Assembly (NCBI GenBank): GCA_950097015.1
Contig: CATNEN010000024.1
Span: 4,650,001-4,714,000, forward strand
Source of the DNA: Macrostomum hystrix
Taxonomy: Eukaryota; Animalia; Platyhelminthes
Direction: 5' to 3'
Length of the DNA stretch: 64,000 bases
Shown here: piece after piece, positions 25,560 through 40,100 of the stretch
How the letters are laid out: every line of letters begins with the position of its first letter
Position numbering within the stretch: position 1 is the first letter of the stretch
Made by a program: the position numbers and the translations under genes
The notes under the pieces: generated by a model
Told to the model about the DNA's origin: nothing
The model's input: the letters and a program-made list of their open reading frames with translations, nothing else
The model's database searches: none

Positions 25560-28500
25560 TCATCGCGACGCTTTCGCAGAAGATCCTGGAACTGCGACTC
25601 GCGGCCGCTGGATTTGAGGCGCGATTTGTGTTGCTTTGCCAATTTCTTTTCTGATCAAACTGTTTGATAGAAGTCGACAGAGAGACAGAAAAAGAGGCGA
25701 GAGGCAGAAAAGAATTGAAAAATGGCAAAAATAATGAATCATTCACTAGGCGTGAATGTTTCATTCGCACTGGTCGAACTCCTCGTCCGGAGGAAATTTA
25801 GACTATAGGCGGAACTATCTATCGTCTGATAACTTTAAAGAGAACTAAAAAAGGCAAATTTGGTACACTTTCGATAATCGAGTCATATATTCATCAGTGG
25901 CAGAAAGGGATGAATGGACATGACAATCGAAAGGCATACATGATAACTTGACAATTGAAGAGGCTGGAATCTCACGGGATGACGAGGTTGGCCTCTCGCA
26001 CAGTCTGCTGCAGCGGCAGTCCGCGAGTCTCGGGCAGGCAGACACCGATCGCCAAACCGGCTGAGATGCTTAGGCAGCCGAACACAACCGTTGCCACCAG
26101 CCTGACAGTGGAGGCTAGCTCCATCGGGCTGCTGCTAGCTACCGTGAACGGTGCGAGCACGGCGGCGACTCGACCGACGGCGCTGCAGGCGAAGACGCCG
26201 ATATTGCGAATAGGCGTCGGGTAAAGCTCGCCAGTGTAAAGGATCGTCACCGAGAACGCACAAGTGACCAGCAGTTTGGCGGTGACGGCGAGCAGGGCGT
26301 GAATGGCGGACTCTGCGGCACGTGAGAAAAAGGGATACACTCACTTGCAAGGACCAAAGACCTTGTTCAGATCGCTAATTGTGTGTAATGCACACAAGCA
26401 AACAAAAAAGCAGCAAAAAAGTTACAAGGTAGGAGAAAAATTGTAAAAAATGTAAGATGAGAATCTTTAGATTGAGAAATATAAATAGAAACTACACCTA
26501 ACCCAGTCCAAAGGAAAAAGGCTGTGTACAGTTGTTCAGTCCATTGGCTGTATTAAGGCCACCATACCCAGCGAAATTCCTAATCCATTAAATTCTGAAG
26601 CCCGAAGCAACCACAACCAGACAACAAACCACAAAGAAGGCGGGTTTCCCACAATTAGAAAACAGTGGCCGCAATATATGTGTGCACCTCTATGCGTCAG
26701 GTTGAGTGCGCCCAGACAGACGCCCAGACAGATGTACATCACCAGGCTGGGCGTCCGTCGACCGAGCCTTTCGGCCAGCAGCCAGGCGGCCACGTAGGCG
26801 GGCGCCTCGGCCAAGCCGGACAGGGCGGTGCTGGCGAAGGCGTTCCTGCCTAACACGAAGCCGGAGTCCAATGATACACCGTAGTAGGTCAGGTTGATGG
26901 CGAACCTGCGAGTCGGGGGTGAAGGATCGCGTGGTAGGTACCGTCTCTCTCAGTCTCACAAGCGGTTCCACCTGTCTGCACTTCTCTCTTACCAAGCAAA
27001 GAACAGGACCAGGGTTTTTCTCAGCATCACGGGCGTGCTGAATAGCTCCTTGATGTGGCCTTCCGGGTGACCAGCTGGTCTCTGGGCGGTCTGACTCGAA
27101 AAATTGTCATGTTCGTGATTAGTAAAGCTCTTTTATTGAATCAATTAAGTTTCATAATCCGTGCCGACTCACCAGCAGCTCAGCTGTTGTAGCTGGTATC
27201 GACCGGCCGTTAATCCGTCCGATGTGCTGACAGACTCGCAGAGCCTCAGAGTTGCGGCCGGTGGCAATGAGCCAGCGAGGCGACTCTTGCAGCAGGCTGC
27301 GGAAGAGTTCCCCGTCCTTATAGACACTTTGATTAGCCCTGTGAGTTCTAGGAATGTCTGCGGACAGTGTATCTAGGTGTTAGGCCAATCAGCTCTGCGT
27401 AGCTTTGCCCGTCCACCAGGCCAGCGCGTACAACCCTACCCCTCCCTGCGCGCTGTTGGGGCACCTCTCGTGCGCTCCTCCGATTTCATTTGACCTTTAC
27501 GATCTCTTACTGCGACGACTCAATTTATTGCTTGAAATCAAATACACCGAATTCATCAGAGAAGCCACCTGCGTCATTCTGCGTTCCGACCGGTAAGCGC
27601 TGCTTTCGTGTCTGTCCTTTCGGATTGCCAGGTCCGTACTGTACGATCTTACTTAGGATTTGTTTACTTGATGGTTCTGTAGGCCGGGCATCCAGAACCG
27701 ACCACAGTCACTACAAGAATATAGAAATTAGCATTTGCACAGCCGCAGCTATTGTACTGTGTATAAGGTTGTGTACAGCTTTTCAGTCCGTGGACTGGGG
27801 ATGAGGCCCGAGCAATGCTGAAGCAATGTGGAATGAAGTGTTTCTTTTGGTCCGAGATTCGAACTCCCGACCTCTTAGCTCTAACCACTGGGCTACAAGT
27901 TAAGCTCCCTTGGCTAGACAGATTTACCGTATAATAATTGAGCAATTCAATATCAAATATACTTGTACAATATCTGCCTCACAAGTAGCTGGCTACATAG
28001 CAGACGCAGGGTAGACAGGTGCAAAACTGCAGCCAGCGCCAGTGCCGCACCAGGTAGGCCATGCCAGCTACTGACAGATAGCCCAGGCACCAGTACAGCC
28101 ACAGCAGGTTGGCCACGGCGGCCCGGTGGCGAGAGGCGACGAATTCAGTGACGCAGACGGCGGCCAGTAGGCCGACAGTGGCGAAGACGCCGTGCAGGAA
28201 GCGGAGAATCAGGTAGGCTGCCAGCGTGGGAGACAGGCACTCGGCCAGGCTCAGCAGCAGCTCGGCCAAGCAGCTGATCAGCAAGATTGGCCGACGGCCA
28301 AACCTGAATTGTTTATTTTGCAACACTTATTTTCTTGATTTTCTACTTCAAGTAGGGCTTTGTAAGCATTCTTGATCCTAAGTTTGTTATCCTTTAGAGA
28401 CAATAGCGGGTCAGTTGACAGATGAGAGATTAGACAAGAGCGAGATACGACACTGGGGTTGTGACAGAGTGGTACTAGACGTGAAATATAAGATTCGGCA

Positions 28501-29375
28501 TGATAATACATGGTGGAGATGAGACGGGGCAGAAATGAGACATTGATGAGACACGACAAGAGCGAGATAATAACTCGGATCGATGTAAAATAGGAGAGAT
28601 AAAGCAGGTAGAGATGAGACAAGGGACGACAAGATACGGAAGAGATGACAGCTAGAGGAGATGGGATAGATGAGACACGAGAGATCTCAGGCAAGGGAGG
28701 GATTAGACCATTTCAGAGGCCGGATTCAGAAGCTTTGGGATTTATCGGACCCATGATTTAGGCTAACAACCGATGTTAATGATTTGTATGTCCCGAAACA
28801 GCGAACAATTTGAGCAAGAAATCTCACTTGTCAGCCAGTGCACCCATGACGAGACCGAATCCAAATCCCAGAGCGTAGGTGGCAAACACGAGGGGCTCGA
28901 GGCCGCTGCGGCCGCAGACCAGATTAAACTAAAAAATGAATAAGCAAAAATTTAATGGTCAACAGTCACAAATTGAGCCTTTGTGAATTAAACAGCTCAC
29001 AGCTTCACTGAGATCTACCTCAGTAGCAATCGTCTCATGCCACTCTGTCCTATCGTAAAGGAAGTCGTTGCAGGCCACAAAATCAGCGGTGAAGTTGCCA
29101 TCCTCCATCCAGCACTGCTCGCGGCCAGTTGAGTTCAGGTGCTCGTCAGCAACCAGCGTATTGTTAAAGTAGTGATACTGCTCTTCGCTAAGCTGAGATG
29201 AACGACAAACGAATGACGGCCGCTGAGTGTGGAAGCTGGTCACGACCATGTTGGCGGCGAGCTTCCAAATGAATATGGCGGCAAGGTTAAATAGCATAAG
29301 CTGATACCTGCCCAGGCTACCTATGTGTTCAACAATGTCCTCGTAGTCCAGGTAGATTGTCGAAGAGGACATCAT
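25560..29375 (-). CDS. SLC22-family (MFS) organic cation/anion transporter, 8 exons, about 551 aa: 29375-29019, 28928-28828, 28303-27983, 27296-27173, 27090-26993, 26905-26688, 26312-25976, 25659-25560
   Basis: Family motifs in order: IGSLGRYQ, TIATEFNLVC, GALADKFGRR, ESPRWL, YYGVSL, LGRR, ELYPTPIRNIG, LPETRG. All introns are GT-AG with consistent phases; total 1656 nt. Last exon is least certain. Confidence 0.9.
27770..27897 (-). mobile_element. tRNA-derived SINE in SLC22 intron 3
   Basis: A-box TAGCCCAGTGG, B-box GAGTTCGAATC, tail CCAGTCCACGGACTGAAAAGCTGTAC shared with the 17880 and 33358 copies. Confidence 0.7.
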
Positions 29376-31108
29376 GGTTAATGCCGTCTGTTCAATGAAC
29401 TTTACTATGCCAATTGGTGAGATTCAGATCGGAAAATTCTATACGCTCGTATCGGCGAAGTTTACTCAGGTAAACTCTCAGGTACCTTTACGCCCTTCAT
29501 TCCTCCTTCCTAATTTATATTCCTCATTCCCGCCACAAGCCGCTACGAATCTGATGTGGCCGGGGAAGAGGGAAGTCGCCGTGTATACGCCAAGTCCAAC
29601 CAACGGATAGCAAGTAGAGGAGAGCAAAGAGAGAGGCATTCTTGTTAGTTCAGGTTGCAGTCGCGTACAGTAATATATGTACTCACGGCTACTTTCGTCC
29701 CGTTCATATAGTTCCGGGAAAGAGAATCGTTTAAATCAGGTGAGGATCGAGAATTAGATGCACACGCAGTAGATGAGATGCGAAGAGAAAATGTTCTGAG
29801 ATCTAAAGCATTGTATGTGTGAGCGATCGAGCCAAAACTATCATGAAAGAAAAAAACTTAATAAAAACACAAGAAATAAAAATAAATGCCAATCTTAAGA
29901 TAAAAACGTATGTACATTATGCACGGATTAAGCGATTAGCTTCAACGTATTTAAGTTATATACTGCAAGCGAACATGCGTCATGTGTCATAATTGTCATA
30001 TGCAATTTGCATATGCATTTCGCATTTGTCATTTCTATATATACTTTCATTGACAATTTATTGTCATAAATTAAAACATGCATTTGTTTTGAAGGCTTCC
30101 GGTACCTCGGCTGCCTCGTCATGGCATTGGAGATCGCCGGAGACCAGAAAGCATCGAAAATATAGTACCACTGCGGTACACTATTGTGACTGCAACTTGC
30201 CGAGCCTTCTCTATTCGTGACATGGCGTAAAAAAGCCCGATCAGTATGGCTTTCCTTCAGGCGCCAAGCCCTGAAATTCACGTGCTCAGGCGTCACAAAC
30301 ACAGGGAGCCTAGTATAAACAAAAAAATATTGATTCATCCTAATCTTAATCCTACAGATATCACGATTTAAAAATCGATTGCAATCATAAGCACGATGCA
30401 AAAGCGTACTTAAACCATGTTCGCAACCGCTGTATATGCTCTCTCCGTTTTGAAACAGAGAGGCTTCATATTTCCGCTTGGAGTTTTTTTTAATACGGAT
30501 GACATGTAAATTTCATCTGCTATTGTTTCCACTATTTCGATTTCTGTAGATTTTCAATATAGACAAATCGTTGAAATCTTCAATTTGATCGGATCCAGTC
30601 GGGTAAAACAATTACTGAAGCACATAAGCCTTATTTAGGCATAAATGCAATCTCTTCGTATGATTGAGCAAATGTGTTAATATTTTAATTACAGAAAATA
30701 GATTTACAGAGAAGCGAACTTGCAAAATTATATTTAACAAACGGTCTTTCCTTTCTAGTTTTTTCCAGTTTTAATTTCCAGTTTTCCAGTTTAGAAATGA
30801 GCTGCTACGAATCCTTATCTGCTCACCTCGCTCTGCTCATCTATTTATAATTGTGATGTAGATATTCAATCGCTTGCTACTTGTTACAAGTCCCATGATT
30901 CCTTGCATTTCGAACATCATTCTGAGCATCTTGACTACTTAATCACATGATATTAATTATGAGATAGTTAATGATCATTTAAATACATCTACGAATTATA
31001 CTTTGATTTTTTAGCCTTTTGGTTGCTAGCCATTGACTTTGTCTGAATTCAACTGATTACTGTGTGTCGTGAGTTTTTGTGTTGCTAAACCGATCATTGT
31101 CAGAGCTC

Positions 31109-34100
31109 ATGCATAATAAATCTGGGTCGTTTCTCTGTGGAGTTGTTGAAGGTAAGTAAAAGGAAAATGTCCGATGATTAGAGCACTACCAGTTCTATTT
31201 ATTAGGTTGCTACCAATCTGAAATACAATTATGGTAAGTATGATAAGCTTAGAGGCCTATTGAAAACAGATGTAAGCTTTAGTGCTCAAAAGGGCAAAAC
31301 AAGTCAGATTTACAGTATTATAAAAATTATAAATCCAGGGTAATTTAAAAGAGACTTTTACAGCTATATAACTAATATTGTAGGCTAGCTTATCGATAGC
31401 AATTACTTGTTAGTTTTTTACAAGGTTTTATTTTGCTAAGTTACAAAGATAAGCATTACAAAGCTGTCTATGTCTATATATGTCTTTATCACTAATTTGT
31501 AGGCCCCCCCTATATAATAAAATAGAAGAAAATGCATTGTCCTACTTTTAATAAATAATTTTATTGCTATTTAGGTTATTCTTAAAATTGGGCATAGCTA
31601 GGCCTATTCTACTTAAAAATAGTTGCTTTTACACCTTGTAATTCTGTAGCTCTGTAGTTCTTTGCTTTATTCTTGTCGTTTTTAGTGCATTAAAAGTTGA
31701 TCAGAGCTATGTTAGAGTTTGTTTCATGTTAATTTTTATTTGAAATAGTTTTTACAAATGATATTGACTTCAGTTTCAATAGAATCAGTCTTGGCATGAC
31801 TTTAATAGAGTAAAAGTTTTAACAAAAATTATTTAAACATTTCAGTGTGTTTTTACCTATCTTTTGAAAACAAAAAATTAAATAAAATGCATAGCTAGAT
31901 ATATAATACATCAGAAACACTCTAAAAAAGATTTTTTTTTGCAAAATCAAGCTATAAAATTTGTTATTAGATATAAGCCACCATTAAGTGTCTATAGTAT
32001 AGTGCCTAGCTTATTACTAAATAAGCTTTATTTTTATATATTTAGCAATCATTCTATATTATCTAGGGTGAGAGCAATTAGTAGGAAAAGCAAACTTTAG
32101 AAAGAAAAATCATAGTTCATAAAAGTAATAAAGTGTAACTAAAATTGTTTAATAATATATGATCCCTCATTTGTAGGAAATATGAATAATAAATGATAAT
32201 TCATTAAAATTAAATTACTTGGCCATGGCAAATAAAATATATTTGTTAAGTGAGCAATACTTTTCCTTGTTAAATAATATAAGTAAAGCTATATAATAAT
32301 GATTATAAATGTGTAAAAAAATTTTACTTATAAATACAGTACAAGATTGGCGAATCGAACATATACTTAGCTTATAGAACTCTCTCATGCTGGTTTTGAT
32401 GAAGCTTAAGGCCTTAGAAAGGCCACAGTTTTATCCTTGTTATATAATATGAGTGCATCAAATACTGCTTCTAGGCTTCTATGGCCGACCTTGGACGTCG
32501 GAGCAGAGGAAGGAGCTATTCCAACGCATGAAAGCCATGCAGATGAATACCTATCTATATGCGCCCAAGGATGACTGCAAGCATAGACGCTTCTGGCGCG
32601 AACTCTACTCCGTTGAAGAGACTGGTAGGAGGAGTTTTCGATTGCTTTCGCCAATATTTTTTGACATTTTAACTTATCTAATGGTGGCAAAAATCTAATC
32701 CCCAAATCGCACAAAACTCAGAGAATCTGCAATCGCTGGTGCAGTCGGCCCAAGCAGCCGGTGTGACATTTATCTATGCCATCTCGCCTGGCCTAGACAT
32801 GGTATTCTCCAAGGAGGTGCACCTGCTCAAGCGAAAACTAGTACAGGTCAGCGAACTCGGCTGCCGATCCTTTGCCCTGCTATTCGACGACATCGACATC
32901 GAGCTTTGCCACTTTGATAAAGAGGTCTTCCAGTCGCCGGCCCACGCCCAGGTGTCTGTCACTAACGAAGTATTTCAACACCTGGGCTCGGCTGTGCAAC
33001 AGTTTCTATTCTGCCCCACCGAGTACTGCGCCAGCCGTGCTCAGCCGGATGTTCGTACCTCGGCCTATCTAAACACCATCGGCAGTCGCTTGCTGCCCGG
33101 CATTCACGTTATGTGGACCGGGCCGAAGGTTGTCTCTAAGGAGATCAGCGTGGCCTCAGTGAAGGAACTGGCTGAGGTGCTCCGACGCCGGCCACTAATC
33201 TGGGACAATATTCACGCCAACGATTATGATCCCAGGCGCGTGTTTCTAGGCCCATTCGAGGGTCGCAGTCCCGAGCTAATACCTCACATGGCCGGCGTGC
33301 TCACCAATCCTAATTGCGAATTTGAAGTAAGTTTTTTTTTCAATATAATTCTACTTGTAGGTTGTAGACTAGTGCTTAGAGCGTCGGAGTCGCGAACGTT
33401 GGGGGTTCGATTACCGACTCCACTGGAACAATTTGTGTCCTTTAGCAAGACACTTATCTCTGTATTGCTTTAGTTCACCCCAGCATTAGTGGCGTCCACC
33501 CAGTCCATTGACTGAACAGCTATACGCGCAATAGCTGCGGCTGTGCTGTAGGCTTTACATGTGGCCTAATTAGGGCAGATGTAATATATTAGTATAATTT
33601 TTATTGCTTTACTTATAGTAGTAGTTACCTAATTTTCGCCAGGGGGGAATAATTCGAACGCCAACAAAATTTCAGGCAAACTTTGTCGCTCTGAGCAGCC
33701 TGGCTGACTGGGCTCGCAGTTCACCTGAGCAGGTTCAGTTGGACGCACTGATCTCTAGCAGTCCGGTGAAAAGCGACATTCAATTAGAGAGCGAAGGCAC
33801 CGTCGCCGCTTACAGTCCCGAGGCGGCGCTGCGCCGAGCTCTAGAACAATGGCTGCCGACTTTCTATAGGCGAAAACGGCCACCGCCCGTGCCGGCGCTG
33901 CAGCCCGCTGAGCCCAGCGGCGCTGTTGCCAGTGCTGTTGGCGCCGTCGGAGCTGTTGGCGCTGGCGGCGTCGTCACCGGAGTGACCGCCGCCACTGCCG
34001 AGTTCGGCCTGCCAGAGCCGCTGCCTCAGCCTATTAACAGCTTGGTGGAACCTATGGAGGTCTGTACATGTCAGAAGTAATAAAATTGTCAATTCGCCTG

Positions 34101-37100
34101 TACACTCCTGTCTGTGCCAGTACTATCATGTACCTGTCTGTGCCAGTACAATCATGTACCTGTCTGTGCCAGTACAATCATGTACCTGTCTGTGCCAGTA
34201 CAATCATGTACCTGTCTGTGCCAGTACAATCATGTACCTGTCTGTGCCAGTACCATCATGTACCTGTCTGTGCCAGTACCATCATGTACCTGTCTGTACC
34301 AGTACTATCATGTACCTGTCTGTACCAGTACTATCATGTACCTGTCTGTACCAGTACTATCATGTACCTGTCTGTGCCAGTACTATCATGTACCTGTCTG
34401 TGCCAGTACTATCATATAACTGTCTGTACCTTAATAAATATCTGGTCTGCATCTGTCTGTACTTAAACCCACCCGTCTGTCTGTATCCCGTTTCAGGTCT
34501 GTACCTGACTTTTCTTTCCCTCATGCAGTCTGTATATTTTAATTAATTAAGCTTTTTAGCTACGTCCAATTTAATGTTAAAAAAGCAAACCTTATCATTT
34601 TTGCTATAGTTTCTCTTGCGTCAAAAAGTTTTTTATTAATTCAAATTATCTCAGGTGGAGCCCCACGACGATTGGTCACCAGCCTGTTCGCCAGACGAAC
34701 AACTCACTTTAGATGAGTTACTGCTCGTGTGCCACCTGTTCTACGAACCATTCCAACACGGCTCCTTAGCCCTAGTCTTGCTCGAAGACTTTCAATGGTT
34801 AAAGTGCAACGCTCATCTAATGAGCAACTCCAGCTCCGTGGAAGCCGACTGCACGGCCAGCCGGCCGGAGTGGCTGGAGCGGGCCGCCAGATTCCGCCGG
34901 GAGGTCGCCCGCCTGCGGGCCGTCCAACGCAAACTGGAGGTCATTCCTAACCGGGCCGTAGCATTTGACCTGCTGCCCTACGTGGCCGACATGAGCACCA
35001 TACTGGGCATCCTGGACGCCTACCTCAACTGGCTCAGTGAGGCAGTTATTATTATTTCTATTGTCCAACGCAGCCTCGAAGCTGTTCATTGTTGCCCGTA
35101 TCATTTCATGCTGCGTTTTTTAGTAAATTCAGTCTAGCGATCACTTTTATGTCCAGGAAAAATATGTTAGACGCACAGTTGGCACTTTTACACTTTTCAA
35201 TCCCCTAAATGCTGTCAAAACGTAAATCAGTTGCTTCGATCACCAGGTTTCTTTAAATTCCATTCTATAATCCTCAGATCCAATTCAATAATCTTTAGAT
35301 CACATTCAAAAATCATTAGATCCTATTCAATAATCTTCAGATCCCATTCAATAATCTTCAGATCCCATTCTATAATCTTCAGATCCCATTCAATAATCTT
35401 TAGATCACATTCAATAATCTTTAGATCACATTCAATAATCTTTAGATCACATAAAAAAATCTTTAGATCCCATTCTATAATCTTTAGATCACATTCTATA
35501 ATCTTTAGATCACATTAAAAAATCATTAGATCACATTCAATAATCTTTAGATCACATTCAATAATCTTTAGATCACATTCAATAATCTTTAGATCCCATT
35601 CAATAATCTTTAGATCACATTCAAAAATCTTTAGATCCCATTCAATAATCTTTAGATCACATTCAAAGATCTTTAGATCCCATTCAATAATCTTTAGATC
35701 ACATTCAAAGATCTTTAGATCCCATTCAATAATCTTTAGATCCCATTCAATAATCTTTAGATCCCATTCAAAAATCTTTAGATCCCATTCAATAATCTTT
35801 AGATCACATTCAAAAATCTTCAGATCCCATTCAATAATCTTTAGATCCCATTCAATAATCTTTAGATCCCATTCTATAATCTTCAGATCCCATTCTATAA
35901 TCTTCAGATCCCATTCAATAATCTTTAGATCCCATTCTATAATCTTCAGATCCCATTCTATAATCTTCAGATCCCATTCAATAATCTTTAGATCACATTC
36001 AATAATCTTTAGATCACATTCTATAATCTTTAGATCACATTAAAAAATCATTAGATCACATTCAATAATCTTTAGATCACATTCAATAATCTTTAGATCA
36101 CATTCAATAATCTTTAGATCCCATTCAATAATCTTTAGATCACATTCAAAAATCTTTAGATCCCATTCAATAATCTTTAGATCACATTCAAAGATCTTTA
36201 GATCCCATTCAATAATCTTTAGATCACATTCAAAGATCTTTAGATCCCATTCAATAATCTTTAGATCCCATTCAATAATCTTTAGATCCCATTCAAAAAT
36301 CTTTAGATCCCATTCAATAATCTTTAGATCACATTCAAAAATCTTCAGATCCCATTCAATAATCTTTAGATCCCATTCAATAATCTTTAGATCCCATTCT
36401 ATAATCTTCAGATCCCATTCTATAATCTTCAGATCCCATTCAATAATCTTTAGATCCCATTCTATAATCTTCAGATCCCATTCTATAATCTTCAGATCCC
36501 ATTCAATAATCTTCAGATCCCATTCTATAATCTTTAGATCACATTCAAAAATCTTTAGATCCCATTCAATAATCTTTAGATCCCATTCAATAATCTTTAG
36601 ATCCCATTCAATAATCTTCAGATCCCATTCAATAATCTTTAGATCCCATTCAATAATCTTTAGATCCCATTCAATAATCTTTAGATCCCATTCTATAATC
36701 TTTAGATCCCATTCAATAATCTTTAGATCCCATTCTATAATCTTTAGATCCCATTCAATAATCTTCAGATCCCATTCTATAATCTTCAGATCCCATTCTA
36801 TAATCTTTAGATCCCATTCTATAATCTTTAGATCACATTCAATAATCTTCAGATCACATTCAAAAATCTTTAGATCCCATTCAATAATCTTTAGATCCCA
36901 TTCTATAATCTTTAGATCACATTCAATAATCTTTAGATCCCATTCAATAATCTTTAGATCCCATTCTATAATCTTTAGATCCCATTCAATAATCTTTAGA
37001 TCCCATTCAATAATCTTTAGATCCCATTCTATAATCTTTAGATCCCATTCAATAATCTTTAGATCCCATTCTATAATCTTTAGATCCCATTCAATAATCT

Positions 37101-40100
37101 TCAGATCCCATTCTATAATCTTTAGATCCCATTCAATAATCTTTAGATCCCATTCTATAATCTTTAGATCCCATTCTATAATCTTTAGATCCCATTCAAT
37201 AATCTTTAGATCCCATTCTATAATCTTTAGATCCCATTCTATAATCTTTAGATCCCATTCAATAATCTTTAGATCCCATTCTATAATCTTTAGATCCCAT
37301 TCTATAATCTTTAGATCCCATTCAATAATCTTTAGATCCCATTCTATAATCTTTAGATCCCATTCTATAATCTTTAGATCCCATTCAATAATCTTTAGAT
37401 CCCATTCTATAATCTTTAGATCCCATTCAATAATCTTCAGATCCCATTCTATAATCTTTAGATCCCATTCAATAATCTTTAGATCACATTCAATAATCTT
37501 CAGATCACATTAAAAAATCTTTAGATCCCATTCAATAATCTTTAGATCCCATTCTATAATCTTTAGATCACATTCAATAATCTTTAGATCCCATTCTATA
37601 ATCTTTAGATCCCATTCAATAATCTTTAGATCCCATTCAATAATCTTTAGATCCCATTCTATAATCTTTAGATCCCATTCAATAATCTTTAGATCCCATT
37701 CAATAATCTTTAGATCCCATTCAATAATCTTTAGATCCCATTCTATAATCTTTAGATCCCATTCTATAATCTTTAGATCCCATTCTATAATCTTTAGATC
37801 CCATTCTATAATCTTTAGATCCCATTCTATAATCTTTAGATCCCATTCTATAATCTTCAGTTCCCATTCTATAATCTTTAGATCCCATTCTATAATCTTT
37901 AGATCCCATTCTATAATCTTTAGATCCCATTCTATAATCTTTAGATCCCATTCAATAATCTTTAGATCCCATTCTATAATCTTTAGATCCCATTCAATAA
38001 TCTTTAGATCCCATTCTATAATCTTTAGATCCCATTCAATAATCTTTAGATCCCATTCAATAATCTTTAGATCCCATTCAATAATCTTTAGATCACATTC
38101 AAAGATCTTTAGATCCCATTCAATAATCTTTAGATCCCATTCAATAATCTTTAGATCCCATTCAAAAATCTTTAGATCCCATTCAATAATCTTTAGATCA
38201 CATTCAAAAATCTTCAGATCCCATTCAATAATCTTTAGATCCCATTCAATAATCTTTAGATCCCATTCTATAATCTTCAGATCCCATTCTATAATCTTCA
38301 GATCCCATTCAATAATCTTTAGATCCCATTCTATAATCTTCAGATCCCATTCTATAATCTTCAGATCCCATTCAATAATCTTCAGATCCCATTCTATAAT
38401 CTTTAGATCACATTCAAAAATCTTTAGATCCCATTCAATAATCTTTAGATCCCATTCAATAATCTTTAGATCCCATTCAATAATCTTCAGATCCCATTCA
38501 ATAATCTTTAGATCCCATTCAATAATCTTTAGATCCCATTCAATAATCTTTAGATCCCATTCTATAATCTTTAGATCCCATTCAATAATCTTTAGATCCC
38601 ATTCTATAATCTTTAGATCCCATTCAATAATCTTCAGATCCCATTCTATAATCTTTAGATCCCATTCAATAATCTTTAGATCACATTCAATAATCTTCAG
38701 ATCACATTCAAAATCTTTAGATCCCATTCAATAATCTTTAGATCCCATTCTATAATCTTTAGATCACATTCAATAATCTTTAGATCCCATTCAATAATCT
38801 TTAGATCCCATTCTATAATCTTTAGATCCCATTCAATAATCTTTAGATCCCATTCAATAATCTTTAGATCCCATTCTATAATCTTTAGATCCCATTCAAT
38901 AATCTTTAGATCCCATTCTATAATCTTTAGATCCCATTCAATAATCTTCAGATCCCATTCTATAATCTTTAGATCCCATTCAATAATCTTTAGATCCCAT
39001 TCTATAATCTTTAGATCCCATTCTATAATCTTTAGATCCCATTCAATAATCTTTAGATCCCATTCTATAATCTTTAGATCCCATTCAATAATCTTCAGAT
39101 CCCATTCTATAATCTTTAGATCCCATTCAATAATCTTTAGATCACATTCAATAATCTTCAGATCACATTAAAAAATCTTTAGATCCCATTCAATAATCTT
39201 TAGATCCCATTCTATAATCTTTAGATCCCATTCAATAATCTTTAGATCCCATTCAATAATCTTTAGATCCCATTCTATAATCTTTAGATCCCATTCAATA
39301 ATCTTTAGATCCCATTCTATAATCTTCAGTTCCCATTCTATAATCTTTAGATCCCATTCTATAATCTTTAGATCCCATTCTATAATCTTTAGATCCCATT
39401 CTATAATCTTTAGATCCCATTCAATAATCTTTAGATCCCATTCTATAATCTTTAGATCCCATTCAATAATCTTTAGATCCCATTCTATAATCTTTAGATC
39501 CCATTCAATAATCTTTAGATCCCATTCAATAATCTTTAGATCACATTCAATAATCTTTAGATCACATTAAAAAATCATTAGATCACATTCAATAATCTTT
39601 AGATCACATTCTATAATCTTCAGATCCCATTCAATAATCTTTAGATCCCATTCAATAATCTTTAGATCCCATTCAATAATCTTCAGATCCCATTCAATAA
39701 TCTTTAGATCCCATTCAATAATCTTTAGATCACATTCTATAATCTTCAGATCCCATTCTATAATCTTTAGATCCCGTTCTATAATCTTCAGATCCCATTC
39801 TATGATCTTTAGATCCCATTCTATAATCTTTAGATGCCATTTACACATCTTCAGATCCCATTCTATAATCTTCAGATCCCATTCTATAATCTTCAGATCC
39901 CATTCAATAATCGTTAGATCCCATTCTATAATCTTCAGATCCCATTCTATAATCTTCAGATCCCATTCTATAATCTTCAGATCCCATTCTATAATCTTCA
40001 GATCCCATTTATAATCTTCAGATCCCATTCAATAATCTTAAGATCCTATCTATAATCTTCAGATTCCATTCTATAATCTTCAGATCCCATTCTATAATCT

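Noticed and set aside
25855-25905. Hammerhead-like CTGATGA...CGAAA on the minus strand
   Set aside because: The stem II closing pair is A-C and stems I and III cannot form.
30090-30320. LINE RT fragment (EGFRYLG) or the 157-aa minus-strand ORF
   Set aside because: A single short motif followed by stops is insufficient evidence.
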